Source of the DNA: Thermoplasmata archaeon
GTDB taxonomy: Archaea > Thermoplasmatota > Thermoplasmata > Lutacidiplasmatales > UBA184
Length of the DNA: 64,000 nt
Reading direction: 5' to 3'
Assembly (NCBI GenBank): GCA_035502035.1
Contig: DATJUZ010000059.1
Span: forward strand, 6,650 to 70,649
The translations under genes were made by a program, and so were the position numbers. Positions within the stretch are counted from its first letter, which is position 1. Each line of letters opens with the position of its first letter. Shown here one piece after another: positions 1 through 9,332 of this stretch. The notes under the pieces were generated by a model. The model was given only the letters and a program-made list of their open reading frames with translations, was not told the DNA's origin and did no database searches.

Positions 1-88
1 GGCTGCGCCCGCAGGAGGTGCACTTCAGGTCCGCCCGGTTCCCCAGCATCGACAGTGACCCGCTCGACCGATCCCCGAGAGGCGGGCC

Positions 89-958
89 CTAGCGGCGCAC
101 CGCCCCCCGACGCCGTGCGGCGACCCGGGTGGCGTATATAAACAGCACGGCGATGAACGTCACCGCACCGAGGACGTACCACACGATGTTGTTCGTCGGC
201 GCCGCGCCGACGTAGAACGTCGTCGTCAGGACCGTGCGGCCGTTCGAGAACGCGACCAGCCCGTGCGCGTTGCTGATCGTCAGCGTGAACGTATGGTAGC
301 CGGCCGAGAGCCCGAGGCTCGCGTAGCGGTAGACGAGGTCGTACGTCGACTTCGCGGCGAGCTCCGGGACGCTGACCTGCCCGACGACCGTCCCGTCCAG
401 CGTGACCGTGACGCCGAACGGCAGGACCGCCGCCTTCGCCCCGGCGACCAGCGTGGCGCGCACCGTGTACGGGGTGACGGAGCGGAACGACCGCGTGAGG
501 TTGGCCGTCGAGTTGTTGCCGGCGAGCGTGCTCGTGACGGAGACGACGAGCGTCAGGCTCTCCGGGTGCGGGCCGACCGTGACGACGGTCGAGACCGGCT
601 GGCTCGTCGTGTTGACGAGCGTCCCGTTGTCCGGGCTGACCGAGGAGCTCGTCAGGTTCGCCCCGGAGAGCTTCGCCGTCCAGGTGAACTGCCCGACGAA
701 CGTTCCGCTCACGTACGCCGGCCCGCCGGAGACGTTGAAGTAGAACGTGGCGTTGCCGCTCGTCGCGACCAGCGACGGTCCGCTGACGTTGCCCTTGATC
801 GGGGTGGCGCCGGACGAGGCCGCGGGCACGAGCGCCGCCGGCCCGGCGGCGCGCGCGGGGGGCGCCGCGACGAGGAGCGCGAGCGTCCCGAGGACGCACA
901 GGAGCGCGAGGAGGGCGGCCGCGAGCTTCACCGGCGCGTCCACCTCCGGGTCCGCCAC
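89..958 (-). CDS. Secreted, C-terminally membrane-anchored, sequon-rich surface protein (hypothetical)
   Basis: 289-aa ORF. N-terminal signal-like hydrophobic stretch (LAAALLALLCVLGTLALLVAAPPARA), Thr/Ser/Val-rich beta-type body with about 9 N-x-S/T sequons, C-terminal TM helix plus RRRG tail. Overlaps the end of aglB by 31 nt on the same strand. Confidence 0.6.
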   Translation of the reverse strand: MADPEVDAPVKLAAALLALLCVLGTLALLVAAPPARAAGPAALVPAASSGATPIKGNVSGPSLVATSGNATFYFNVSGGPAYVSGTFVGQFTWTAKLSGANLTSSSVSPDNGTLVNTTSQPVSTVVTVGPHPESLTLVVSVTSTLAGNNSTANLTRSFRSVTPYTVRATLVAGAKAAVLPFGVTVTLDGTVVGQVSVPELAAKSTYDLVYRYASLGLSAGYHTFTLTISNAHGLVAFSNGRTVLTTTFYVGAAPTNNIVWYVLGAVTFIAVLFIYATRVAARRRGAVRR

Positions 959-3900
959 CAGCGGTAGACGACGATCGCGGCCAGCAGGGCGATCGTCGGG
1001 CCGAACGCCGCGACCGGCAGGATCCAGCTCGGGACCGCCGGCGGACCGGACTGCACGCGCGTGCCGGTGACGCTCAGGGAGCCGGCGAGGGTGCCGACCG
1101 ACGGGTGCGGCACGACCAGGACGACCTCCGCGGTCGCCGTCGGTCGCCCCTGGACGGAGGCGAGGACGGTCACGGAGCCCGGGGCGATCGCCGCGGCGAG
1201 CGAGGTCGTGAGGTTGAGGGCGAGCGAGGCGTTCTCCCCGGCGGAGAGGTCGACCGTGTCGCCGCTGAGCGTCTTGTTGTTCTGCATCCAGCCGACGGTC
1301 CAGCCGTAGGAGGCGAGCCGCGCGGCGTCCACGGCCGTCAGCACGACGGTCTCGTTGGTGTTGCCGCGGTTCGTCAGGTAGAACGGCAGGATCGCCTGGG
1401 CGCTGCCGACCTTCGGCAGCGCGCTCGCGCTCGTCGAGGCGAGCAGTCCGTACGTCGCGAGGACGTTGACGACCGGGGTCGGGGCGACGACCCCGATCTG
1501 CGTGCCGTTCGGGAGGTCGAAGCCGAGGCTCACCGCCGGGTGGGCGACGCCGGTCCCGGCCGGCACGAAGATCCGGACCTCGCCGGTGAGGCTCGCGCCC
1601 GGGGCGAGCGTGACGTGGGAGAACGAGAAGTTGAACGTCCAGGTCGAGGGCGCCCCGGCGGGCGTGATCGTGACGGGGACGTTGCCGGTGTTGCGGACGG
1701 TGAAGCTGAACGTCGCCGAGCCGCGCGGGGCGACGCTGGCCGAGGTCGGTCCGCTCACCACTCCGGCGACCGTCGCGGCGACCGGCACCGCGATGCTGAG
1801 GCCCCGGATGACGTTGCCGTTCGCGACCGAGAGCTTCCCGGAGGCGACCGCGGTGCCGGCGACGCCGTTGCGGGTGCCGTTCCCGCTCGCCTTGACCGTG
1901 TAGTTGCCGAGCGGGAGCGCGACGACGACCGAGGATCCCGGGACGACGTTCGGGAACGCGGTGTAGGTCCCGAAGGCGTTGCGGACCGTGAGCGTCGCCG
2001 GTCCGGCGGTCGTGTTACCGGCGCCGAGGCTGAGGTTGAGCGACGCCTGCCAGGTCGGCTTGAGCGCGAACGTCACCGTGCTCGGCTCGGCCGGCAGGGC
2101 GAGGAGCTTCGTGAGCACCGCGAGGCGCGGGCTTGAGGTCGACACCGCGTAGACGTTGTAGGCGCCGGGCGCCAGCACGGCCGTGAACGTGCCGTTGGAC
2201 GCGGAGAGGACCTCGACCGCGTGGGACGGGTACGGCCCCGCGAGGCGCACGGTGCCGCCGAGCGGCGTGGTGCCTCCCGCCGCGGCGAGCGTGCCGTGGA
2301 TCGTGACCGGCAGCGTGGTGCTCGTCGTCGGGACGGCGCACCGTGTCAGGTTGGCGGCGAGCGTGCACGTCGCCCCGGTCGCCGTCGACCAGCTCGTCGC
2401 GTAGGTGCCGTTCGGTCCGTTCGTCCCGCCGGTCGCGTTCGCGAAGACGCGGTACGTCCCCTCGGGCAGCGTTCCGTGGAACGTTCCGGCGACCGCGTTC
2501 TCGTGGATCACGAGGCCGCTGCCGGTGAGAAGCGTCACGCTCGTGTTCACCTGGAGCGTTGTGCCGCTCTTCTCGTCCAGCGTGCCGGTGAACGGGATCC
2601 CCGCCTGGGCGAGGACGAGCTTCGGGTGGATCGCGCCGGCGTCGGAGATGCTGATGTGGCTGACGTTGACGAACTCGACCCCGCTGATGTTCGTCGTCAC
2701 GGTCGCCGTGTAGTTCGCGGGCGTCGCGCGGAACTGGCTCGTGTACTGCTTGCCGGTGAGCGTGAGGTTCAGCTCGGGGGAGGTGAGGCTCACCGTGACG
2801 TTGGAGAGCCCGACGTGCGCCGGCACGACCAGCTTGCCGCTCGCGTTGATCTCGGGGACGACGACGAGCGTGAGGTTGGAGTACGTCGCGCCGAGCGGGA
2901 TGCGCGTGGAGAGCACGGAGGACGGCAGGTAGACGGTCGTGCCGTTGCCGATGACCGCACGGGCCCCGACACCGTAGACGCCGGGCGTCAGCTCGAGCGC
3001 GAACGTCGGATGGCCGTGGAGGCTGACGGTCGACGTTCCGGTGCTCTCGCCGGTGATGTTCACGGTGATCGGCGTCTTGGACGGGAGCCCGACGACCCGC
3101 AGGCTCACGCTCACGGGACGGACCGACAGCGGGAACGTCCCGAGGTTCGAGAGCTCGGAGGCGCTCCAGCCGCAGCTTCCGTTCGCGACGAAGCCGAAGG
3201 CGCTCGCGCCGAGGCAGAACCCGCCGCTGGTCGCACCGGCGGAGGACGGGACGACGAAACCGACCGTGCCGTTGACGTCCGAGGTCGCCCGGAACGACGC
3301 GCCGCCGGGGACCGACAGCTCCACCGAGGCGTTCGGCGCCGCGAGGACCGAGCCGGAGGAGGCCGGGGTCCCGACCTGCAGCGTGACGGTCGCGGACGGG
3401 CCGAGGGGGAGCGTCATCGCGGTGGCGGCGGTGTCGTTGACCGTCGCGAACGCGGAGAGCGCGGTCGCGTCGGCGTTCGTCGAGCCGCTCAGGCCGAGGA
3501 GGCTGTAGTCGCCGGCCGGCAGCTCGAGCGTCGCGCTCGAGCTGTTGGCGGCGGTCCACGCGACGACCTGCGCGCCGTCCGCCGTGTAGGCGAGCACGGC
3601 GGTGCGGTTCGCGGCCGCGGCGGGCGAGGTGTGCGTGAGCGTGACGGTGAGCGGGGCGGTCGGCGTCAGCACGACGGAGACGTCCGTGACGGAGCCGGGG
3701 ACGCTGACGTTCACCGTGGTGAGGCCGGAGTAGAGCACCCCGCCGACCCGGCCGGTCGCCTCGACCGTGTACTCCCCGAGCCCGAGGCCGGCGGAGGCGA
3801 CGCCGTCGACCGTCGACCGGGCGAGGGTCGTGTTGCCGGTCACGGTGAGGACCGCCTGGAGCGGGGAGGTCGGCCGGTGACCGAAGTCGACCATCGGAAC

Positions 3901-6900
3901 GAACGTGACGGTCGCGTTCGCGACCGACGTCCCGGCGGCCTCCACGCCGACGTCGACCGCCCCGCGGGGCTGCACGGTGAGGTTGACGGACGCCGACTCC
4001 CCCGGTTGGGCGAGCGTGAGGCTCACGCGCGGGCTCGAGCTCGTCGGGACGTTGCCGATCGCCTCGACCTCGTAGTGGCCCGGCGGGACGCTCGGGAACC
4101 GGAACTCTCCGGAGGTGTTCGTGGTCGTGGTCGCGTAGATCCCGGTGGCGTTCAGCAGCGAGACCGGGACGCCGATGTAGGCGGCCTGGGACGGCCGCTT
4201 CACCGTACCCGTGACGACCCCGGGCGAGAGCGCCAGCGAGAGGTTCTTCGACCCGCCCGCGGCCAGATAGGCCGTCTTCTGCGGGTAGGTGACGTTGCCG
4301 ACGCGCACGCTGACGTTGTACTGGCCCGGCGCCAGGCCGGGGAGGGAGAACGTGCCGCTCGGGTCCGTCGTCGCGTTCAGCACCGTCGCGCCGTTGGCCC
4401 CCGTGAGCGTCACGACCGCACCATGGACGACCGGGTCGGCCTCGGCGACGTACGTCCCGTTCCCCGAGACGTTCCAGAAGACGAGCCCGTTCGCGCTCGA
4501 GTTGCCCACGGTGTAGGTCTGGACCATCGTCGGCGAGCTCGGGCTGTAGCCGAGCGCGTCGGAGACCTTCTCGGGGATCGACGCGATGAGGTCGGTGCCG
4601 GACTCGTTGAGCTTCGCGAACTTGCCGGTCGTGATGTTGACGGTGTCGTTGCCGGGCGGAAGGACGACCGAGAACTCCCCCTGCGCGTTCGTGACGTTGA
4701 CCATGTGGGGGATCCCCCAGCCGTCGTAGACGGTCACCCAGACCCCCGCGACCGGCTTACCGGACGGCAGCGCGACGCGGCCGTCCAGCGTGACCCCGGG
4801 GTAGTAGGTGAGGATCGACTCGCCGCCCTGGAAGTAGTCGAACGCCGAGACGTTGCTCGAGCCGTTCGTGGCGTTGGCGATGCGGATCGCCGCCGGGCGG
4901 TTCACCGCGTGGTAGCACGGGGAGGACGGCGGGGCGTTCGCGACGCCGGGGCAGACGTAGGCCGTCTGGTACTCGACCTCGAAGTGCTGGAGCATCCAGC
5001 CCGGCTTGATCGCGTCGCTCTGCGCGGAGCCGCTCAGGCCCGGGATGCCGGGGCTTTGGCCGACATCGGTACCGTTGTAGCCGATGTAGATGCGGTAGAG
5101 CATCGTGTTGTAGAACGGCGCGGAATAGTTGATGTTGTACCGGACCGCGGAGACCCCCTCGGGGAGCGGGCCGAGCGGGTAGGTGTTGCCGTCCGAGCCG
5201 AGGATCGTGACGTTGTAGAACGTCGTCGGGACCCCCTCGGCGCTGATGACGCGGCCGGTGAGGTCGGCCGGCGCGTAGAAGATCCCCGTGTTGGTCCCGC
5301 TGAAAGGGAACAGGCGGGTGTCGGTCGCCGCGTAGCGGATCGACCAGCCGGTGTAGCCCTCCAGGTCGTCGTAGACGCGCGCGACGCCAGCGAGGGGCAG
5401 GTGGGTGGCGAGGTAGTAGGACGTGACGAGGTACATCGCGTTGTCCTCCGTCAGCGTCGCCGGGTTCACCGGGAGGTAGGTGCGGGGGTGGGCGACGACG
5501 AGCTGGTAGTCCGCCCGCTCGTCGTCCAGGATCTGGTGGAGACGGGTGACGTTCACGTTGTCGTCGGCGAGGATGTGGTTGAGCGACGCCGGGAGCGTCG
5601 GGTCGTGGGTCAGCTGGATCTCCCCCTGGAGCAGGGTCGTGGCGAGGATCCCGATCGCGAGCGACTCGTTCTGGCTCAGGAGGAACTGGCCGGCCGGGTC
5701 GATCCCGTTCTGGAAGTTGTCCGCGACGCTCGGATGCTCGCCCTGGTCGATCGCCTGGAACCCGTAGTCCCACCAATCGACGAACGCGGGGCGCTGCGGC
5801 TCCGGTACCGACGTATCCTGGTGCGCGAGCCAGTTGTAGCCGGCGCTGTCGTACTGGTTCGGCGTGTCGAGCCCGCTCCCCGCCGCCCCCAGGTAGTTGG
5901 ACGCCGGCGCGGAGGAGTTCAGCTTGAGCCAGGACGGGATCGTCTTGTTGATCTGGGTCTCGAAGGCGCCCTTCGCGTTGCTCGGGATCCCGGCGTCGAT
6001 CGCGACCCAGACGTTCGGCAGCAGGATCCCGACGACCAGGACCATCACGAGGACGTGGCGGGCCTTGAACGACCGCCGGAACGCCCCGAGGCTCCCCGTC
6101 CGGTCGCTCAGCGACGCGACCGCGCGCCGGAGCTTGCCGTAGCCGCCGACGTCCAGCATCCGGTGGAACGCCTCGGCGGAGAGCAGCGCGAACGCCGGGG
6201 CGCCGACCAGGAAGAACTTGGTCGCCGACATCGGCAGGTAGACGGAGACGACGGCGAAGACGAGGAACGCGATGTGGTAGCGCTTGAAGCGGTGGTGCGC
6301 GAGGTAGTAGCCGTAGAGCGCGAGCCCCACGAACGCGAGGAAGAACGTCACGACGCCGTAGCCGACGACGAGGGCGTCGAACGACGGGGCCTGGGCCTCG
6401 GCGACGGTCGAGTAGATCAGGTTCTTCACGAAGTAGCCGTTCCCCGTGATCGCCGCCGTGAAGAGCGTCGGGCTCAGGAACCGGAGCGCGAGGACGCCTC
6501 CGACCACGACCGCGAGCAGCGTCGGGATCGAGAACACCCACGGCACGTCCCTCAGGAGCAGGAACGGCAGCAGGATCGCGAGCGAGCCGAACAGCAGGAT
6601 CGCCGGCAGCTCGAGGAACGCCTTGAGCTGGTGCTGGACGATGTAGTAGGGCGCGCTCATCCCGAGCCCGACCACGGCGATGATCCAGGTGACGACGTAG
6701 AGGCTGAACGAGTCGACGCGACGGATCCGCTCGATCACCATCGCGACGATGAGCGTGAAGATCACGACGACGATCGCGTAGGTGTAGCCCTGCCAGGAGA
6801 GCGCGAACGCCCCGAGCGCGACACCGGTGAACACGGCCCATTTCACGGCGGTCTGTTCGCTGCGCCAGACCCCCCGGAGGCCGGCGAGGATCTGGCGCGG

Positions 6901-7506
6901 CTCGCGGTAGCTCTCCACCCAGCGCCGGTGGCCGACGGCCTTCACCGTCCGCAGGTAGGCGTAGACGACGACGAGCAGCATGAACGTGTAGAACGACTGG
7001 TAGTCGGCGTAGCCGAACGTCGACGTGTTGATGCTCGCGCTGAAGAACGGGTAGACGAGCGCGGCGATGAGGCCGGTCCGCCGCCCGCCGACCTCGCGGC
7101 CGATCAGGTAGAGCGGGAACACCTCGAGCGCCGCCCAGAGCGGGGCCTGGAGGTCGAGGAACCAGGCGCCCGCGCTGTTGGCGTTTCCGCCGAACAGCGG
7201 GGCGAAGAGGATCCCGAGGATCGCGTTCATCCAGTCGAACAGCGGCTCCCGCGGGTTCGTCGCCCCGATCGGGAACTTGAGCATCGGGTCGTGCTTCAGG
7301 TTCGAGTGGGTCTGGATGATGTAGGTCATCACCCGCGAGTGGTAGTACGAGTCCGAGCCACCCGCGTAGGTGTACAGCGCCCCCCACTTCTCGACGATGG
7401 GGTACGTCCAGATCGTGCGGAGCGCGAGGGCGATGCCGAAGGCGAGCAGCAGCAGGCCGATCGTCCAGCCGTGACGTCGCCACCAGTCGGCAGTCCCGGA
7501 GTCCAT
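928..7506 (-). CDS. aglB: Archaeal oligosaccharyltransferase AglB/STT3 fused to a very large C-terminal array of Ig-like/carboxypeptidase-regulatory-like and CARDB/NEW3-like domains with a C-terminal TM anchor
   Basis: 2192-aa ORF. The N-terminal ~830 aa are polytopic membrane protein with the STT3 WWDYG motif (AFVDWWDYGF, nt 5761-5775). The remainder is repetitive beta-sandwich-like sequence (e.g. GEFSVVLPPGN, SGEFRFPSVPPGHYEVEA, FSFTVRNTGN, FYLTNRGNT) with more than 40 N-x-S/T sequons by eye. Ends in a hydrophobic helix plus RWWRTRRWTRR. Confidence 0.85.
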   Translation of the reverse strand: MDSGTADWWRRHGWTIGLLLLAFGIALALRTIWTYPIVEKWGALYTYAGGSDSYYHSRVMTYIIQTHSNLKHDPMLKFPIGATNPREPLFDWMNAILGILFAPLFGGNANSAGAWFLDLQAPLWAALEVFPLYLIGREVGGRRTGLIAALVYPFFSASINTSTFGYADYQSFYTFMLLVVVYAYLRTVKAVGHRRWVESYREPRQILAGLRGVWRSEQTAVKWAVFTGVALGAFALSWQGYTYAIVVVIFTLIVAMVIERIRRVDSFSLYVVTWIIAVVGLGMSAPYYIVQHQLKAFLELPAILLFGSLAILLPFLLLRDVPWVFSIPTLLAVVVGGVLALRFLSPTLFTAAITGNGYFVKNLIYSTVAEAQAPSFDALVVGYGVVTFFLAFVGLALYGYYLAHHRFKRYHIAFLVFAVVSVYLPMSATKFFLVGAPAFALLSAEAFHRMLDVGGYGKLRRAVASLSDRTGSLGAFRRSFKARHVLVMVLVVGILLPNVWVAIDAGIPSNAKGAFETQINKTIPSWLKLNSSAPASNYLGAAGSGLDTPNQYDSAGYNWLAHQDTSVPEPQRPAFVDWWDYGFQAIDQGEHPSVADNFQNGIDPAGQFLLSQNESLAIGILATTLLQGEIQLTHDPTLPASLNHILADDNVNVTRLHQILDDERADYQLVVAHPRTYLPVNPATLTEDNAMYLVTSYYLATHLPLAGVARVYDDLEGYTGWSIRYAATDTRLFPFSGTNTGIFYAPADLTGRVISAEGVPTTFYNVTILGSDGNTYPLGPLPEGVSAVRYNINYSAPFYNTMLYRIYIGYNGTDVGQSPGIPGLSGSAQSDAIKPGWMLQHFEVEYQTAYVCPGVANAPPSSPCYHAVNRPAAIRIANATNGSSNVSAFDYFQGGESILTYYPGVTLDGRVALPSGKPVAGVWVTVYDGWGIPHMVNVTNAQGEFSVVLPPGNDTVNITTGKFAKLNESGTDLIASIPEKVSDALGYSPSSPTMVQTYTVGNSSANGLVFWNVSGNGTYVAEADPVVHGAVVTLTGANGATVLNATTDPSGTFSLPGLAPGQYNVSVRVGNVTYPQKTAYLAAGGSKNLSLALSPGVVTGTVKRPSQAAYIGVPVSLLNATGIYATTTTNTSGEFRFPSVPPGHYEVEAIGNVPTSSSPRVSLTLAQPGESASVNLTVQPRGAVDVGVEAAGTSVANATVTFVPMVDFGHRPTSPLQAVLTVTGNTTLARSTVDGVASAGLGLGEYTVEATGRVGGVLYSGLTTVNVSVPGSVTDVSVVLTPTAPLTVTLTHTSPAAAANRTAVLAYTADGAQVVAWTAANSSSATLELPAGDYSLLGLSGSTNADATALSAFATVNDTAATAMTLPLGPSATVTLQVGTPASSGSVLAAPNASVELSVPGGASFRATSDVNGTVGFVVPSSAGATSGGFCLGASAFGFVANGSCGWSASELSNLGTFPLSVRPVSVSLRVVGLPSKTPITVNITGESTGTSTVSLHGHPTFALELTPGVYGVGARAVIGNGTTVYLPSSVLSTRIPLGATYSNLTLVVVPEINASGKLVVPAHVGLSNVTVSLTSPELNLTLTGKQYTSQFRATPANYTATVTTNISGVEFVNVSHISISDAGAIHPKLVLAQAGIPFTGTLDEKSGTTLQVNTSVTLLTGSGLVIHENAVAGTFHGTLPEGTYRVFANATGGTNGPNGTYATSWSTATGATCTLAANLTRCAVPTTSTTLPVTIHGTLAAAGGTTPLGGTVRLAGPYPSHAVEVLSASNGTFTAVLAPGAYNVYAVSTSSPRLAVLTKLLALPAEPSTVTFALKPTWQASLNLSLGAGNTTAGPATLTVRNAFGTYTAFPNVVPGSSVVVALPLGNYTVKASGNGTRNGVAGTAVASGKLSVANGNVIRGLSIAVPVAATVAGVVSGPTSASVAPRGSATFSFTVRNTGNVPVTITPAGAPSTWTFNFSFSHVTLAPGASLTGEVRIFVPAGTGVAHPAVSLGFDLPNGTQIGVVAPTPVVNVLATYGLLASTSASALPKVGSAQAILPFYLTNRGNTNETVVLTAVDAARLASYGWTVGWMQNNKTLSGDTVDLSAGENASLALNLTTSLAAAIAPGSVTVLASVQGRPTATAEVVLVVPHPSVGTLAGSLSVTGTRVQSGPPAVPSWILPVAAFGPTIALLAAIVVYRWWRTRRWTRR

Positions 7507-7554
7507 GCACGGCCGGCGACCCTCGGGCCGGCGGCGCGCGAGACCTAGGCGCGG

Positions 7555-7562
7555 TATAAATA
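7555..7562 (-). promoter_or_regulatory. TATA-like box upstream of aglB
   Basis: Isolated AT-rich octamer TATAAATA in a GC-rich intergenic region, about 50 nt upstream of the aglB ATG at 7506. Near-palindromic, so orientation is not certain. Confidence 0.4.
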
Positions 7563-7629
7563 GCCGCGCCCCGCGCGCGCTCCGGCCGCCGGTCCGGGAC
7601 GCTCCGCGCCGCCCCGGACCGACCCGGGA

Positions 7630-8154
7630 CTAGCGGGCCGTCGCGCTCGCCCGGAAGCGGTAGTAGTATCGGCCGTCCGGGGCGGCGTACGTCTCGACCG
7701 TCACCGGCTCTCCGACCGAAAGCTCGGTCCAGGACCGGCCGACGATGCGCCCGAACAGCCGCAGGGGGGCCCCGTCGAGGTCGACGAGGCCGACGGCGAA
7801 CGGCACCTCTCCTTCCATGCCGAGCGGCGCTCCGCCGAGGACGGCGCTGAACGCGTAGATGCGGCCGGTCCCCGGCAGGTCGACCCAGGCGAGCTCGGCG
7901 GTGTGGCAGCGCGGGCAGACGGTTCGGGGCGGCCAGGTGACCGTGCCGTCGCGCGTGCAGCGGGTCGTCGAGAGGCGGCCGTCGCGCAGCCGGTCGAAGA
8001 ACCGGTGGAGCCGCGTGTCGCGCTCGCTTTCCCGAGGCAGGAAGTCGAGCAGGAACGGCACCCCACCCTCGGGGGGCGGGGACGGGGGAGGCGGCGCCGG
8101 GGGAGCGGCGGACGCTAGGCGGGCGCGGGAGCGGGCCGGGCGCGCCTCGCTCAC
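7630..8154 (-). CDS. DUF35 OB-fold / zinc-ribbon protein (thiolase-associated scaffold family)
   Basis: C-terminal part of track ORF 7630..9075. Contains the ...RCTRDGTVTWPPRTVCPRCH ribbon-like segment followed by an OB-fold-like region (RIYAFSAV...VPFAVGLVDLDGAPLRLFGRIV). Start chosen at the GTG that forms a GTGA overlap with the thiolase stop (8151-8154). Pro/Ala-rich N-terminus. Confidence 0.7.
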   Translation of the reverse strand: MSEARPARSRARLASAAPPAPPPPSPPPEGGVPFLLDFLPRESERDTRLHRFFDRLRDGRLSTTRCTRDGTVTWPPRTVCPRCHTAELAWVDLPGTGRIYAFSAVLGGAPLGMEGEVPFAVGLVDLDGAPLRLFGRIVGRSWTELSVGEPVTVETYAAPDGRYYYRFRASATAR

Positions 8155-9332
8155 GACGCCTCCCCGCGCTCGTAGACCATCACGGAGTGGACGTTGGCGC
8201 TGCCGGAGAGGTTGTGGACAAGCGCCCATCCCGGGTCGCTGACCTGGCGGGCCGCCGGGACCTTCCCGGCGAACTGCTCGTAGACCTCGACCGCCTGGGC
8301 GATGCCGGTCGCGCCGAGCGGATGGCCGCAGCCGAGCAGCCCCCCGCGCAGGTTGACCGGCAGCCGGCCCCCGAGGTCGGAGTTCCCGTCGAGCGCCCAG
8401 CGCCCCCCCTCGCCCGCCGGACAGAGGCCGAGCGCCTCGTACTCGACGATCTCGGAGATCGTGAAGCAGTCGTGGAGCTCGGCGAGGTCGAGCTGGCCGA
8501 CCTCGACCTTCGCCGACCGGAGCGCCTCGCGCACGGCGTGCTTCATGCCGACCCAGTCGGTGAGCGAGCCCGCGTTCGCGAGGTTGTGGAACTCCGAGTA
8601 CTGGCCCGTCCCGCGGAGCCATGCGACCGGTCCCCGGAAGGTCCCTAGGTGGTCCTCGGAGGCGAGCACGACCGCGGCGGCGCCGTCGGTCATCGACGAG
8701 CAGTCGCCGAGCCGCAACGGGGGAGCGACGAGCGGAAGCCCGAGGAGCTTCTCGCGCGAGAACGTCTTCCGGTAGAACTGCGCATGCGGGTTCGTGTTCG
8801 CCAGGCGGTGGTTCTTCTCCGAGACGGCCGCGAGCTGCTCGGCGGTCGTCCCGTGCTCGAGCATGTGGCGCTGGGCGACCATCGCGAAGAACGGGGGCGC
8901 GGTCGCGCCGGCCGGCCCGTCCCAGGGCCGGTCCATGACGCAGGCCATCGCGGTGTTCGCCTCGGCCATCGACGGGAGGTTCATCTTCTCGACGCCCACC
9001 GCGACCGCGACGTCGGAGAGCCCGGCGGCGATCGCGGCGTAGGCGGAGCGGATCGCCGACTGGCCCGAGGCGCACGCGAGCTCCGTGCGTTGCAGGATGC
9101 GGTGCGGCCGCAGCCCCATCTGCTCGGCGGCGAGCGGCGCGACGTGCGACTGGAAGGCGAACCGCTCGGGCATCGCCGCCCCGACGAACAGCGAGTCGAC
9201 GTCCTCGGCGCGCAGCCCCGGCACCGCGCCGAAGAGCGCCATCCCGACCTCCTGGGCGAGCTCCGGCCAGGTGCTCGGCAGGACCCCGAAGTCGGTCGTC
9301 GCTCCGCCGACGACGGCGACCCGGCGGGTCAT
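8151..9332 (-). CDS. Thiolase-family acetyl-CoA acetyltransferase-like protein (SCP-x type)
   Basis: 393 aa starting MTRRVAVVGGATTDFG. Catalytic motifs ELACASG, HDCF and GCGHPLGATG. The ATG shares one nt with the stop of the upstream dehydrogenase (TGATG at 9330-9334). Confidence 0.85.
   Translation of the reverse strand: MTRRVAVVGGATTDFGVLPSTWPELAQEVGMALFGAVPGLRAEDVDSLFVGAAMPERFAFQSHVAPLAAEQMGLRPHRILQRTELACASGQSAIRSAYAAIAAGLSDVAVAVGVEKMNLPSMAEANTAMACVMDRPWDGPAGATAPPFFAMVAQRHMLEHGTTAEQLAAVSEKNHRLANTNPHAQFYRKTFSREKLLGLPLVAPPLRLGDCSSMTDGAAAVVLASEDHLGTFRGPVAWLRGTGQYSEFHNLANAGSLTDWVGMKHAVREALRSAKVEVGQLDLAELHDCFTISEIVEYEALGLCPAGEGGRWALDGNSDLGGRLPVNLRGGLLGCGHPLGATGIAQAVEVYEQFAGKVPAARQVSDPGWALVHNLSGSANVHSVMVYERGEAS

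Noticed and set aside
1-88. Possible 3' end of a further gene at the left edge
   Set aside because: It is too short to evaluate and has no motif.
2221-7548. 1775-aa plus-strand ORF (and other plus-strand ORFs 263-7548) opposite aglB
   Set aside because: Arg/Asp/Glu/Gly/Pro-dominated composition with no motifs, typical of the antisense frame of a GC-rich gene. The minus-strand frame has clear STT3 motifs, TM helices and GC3 bias.
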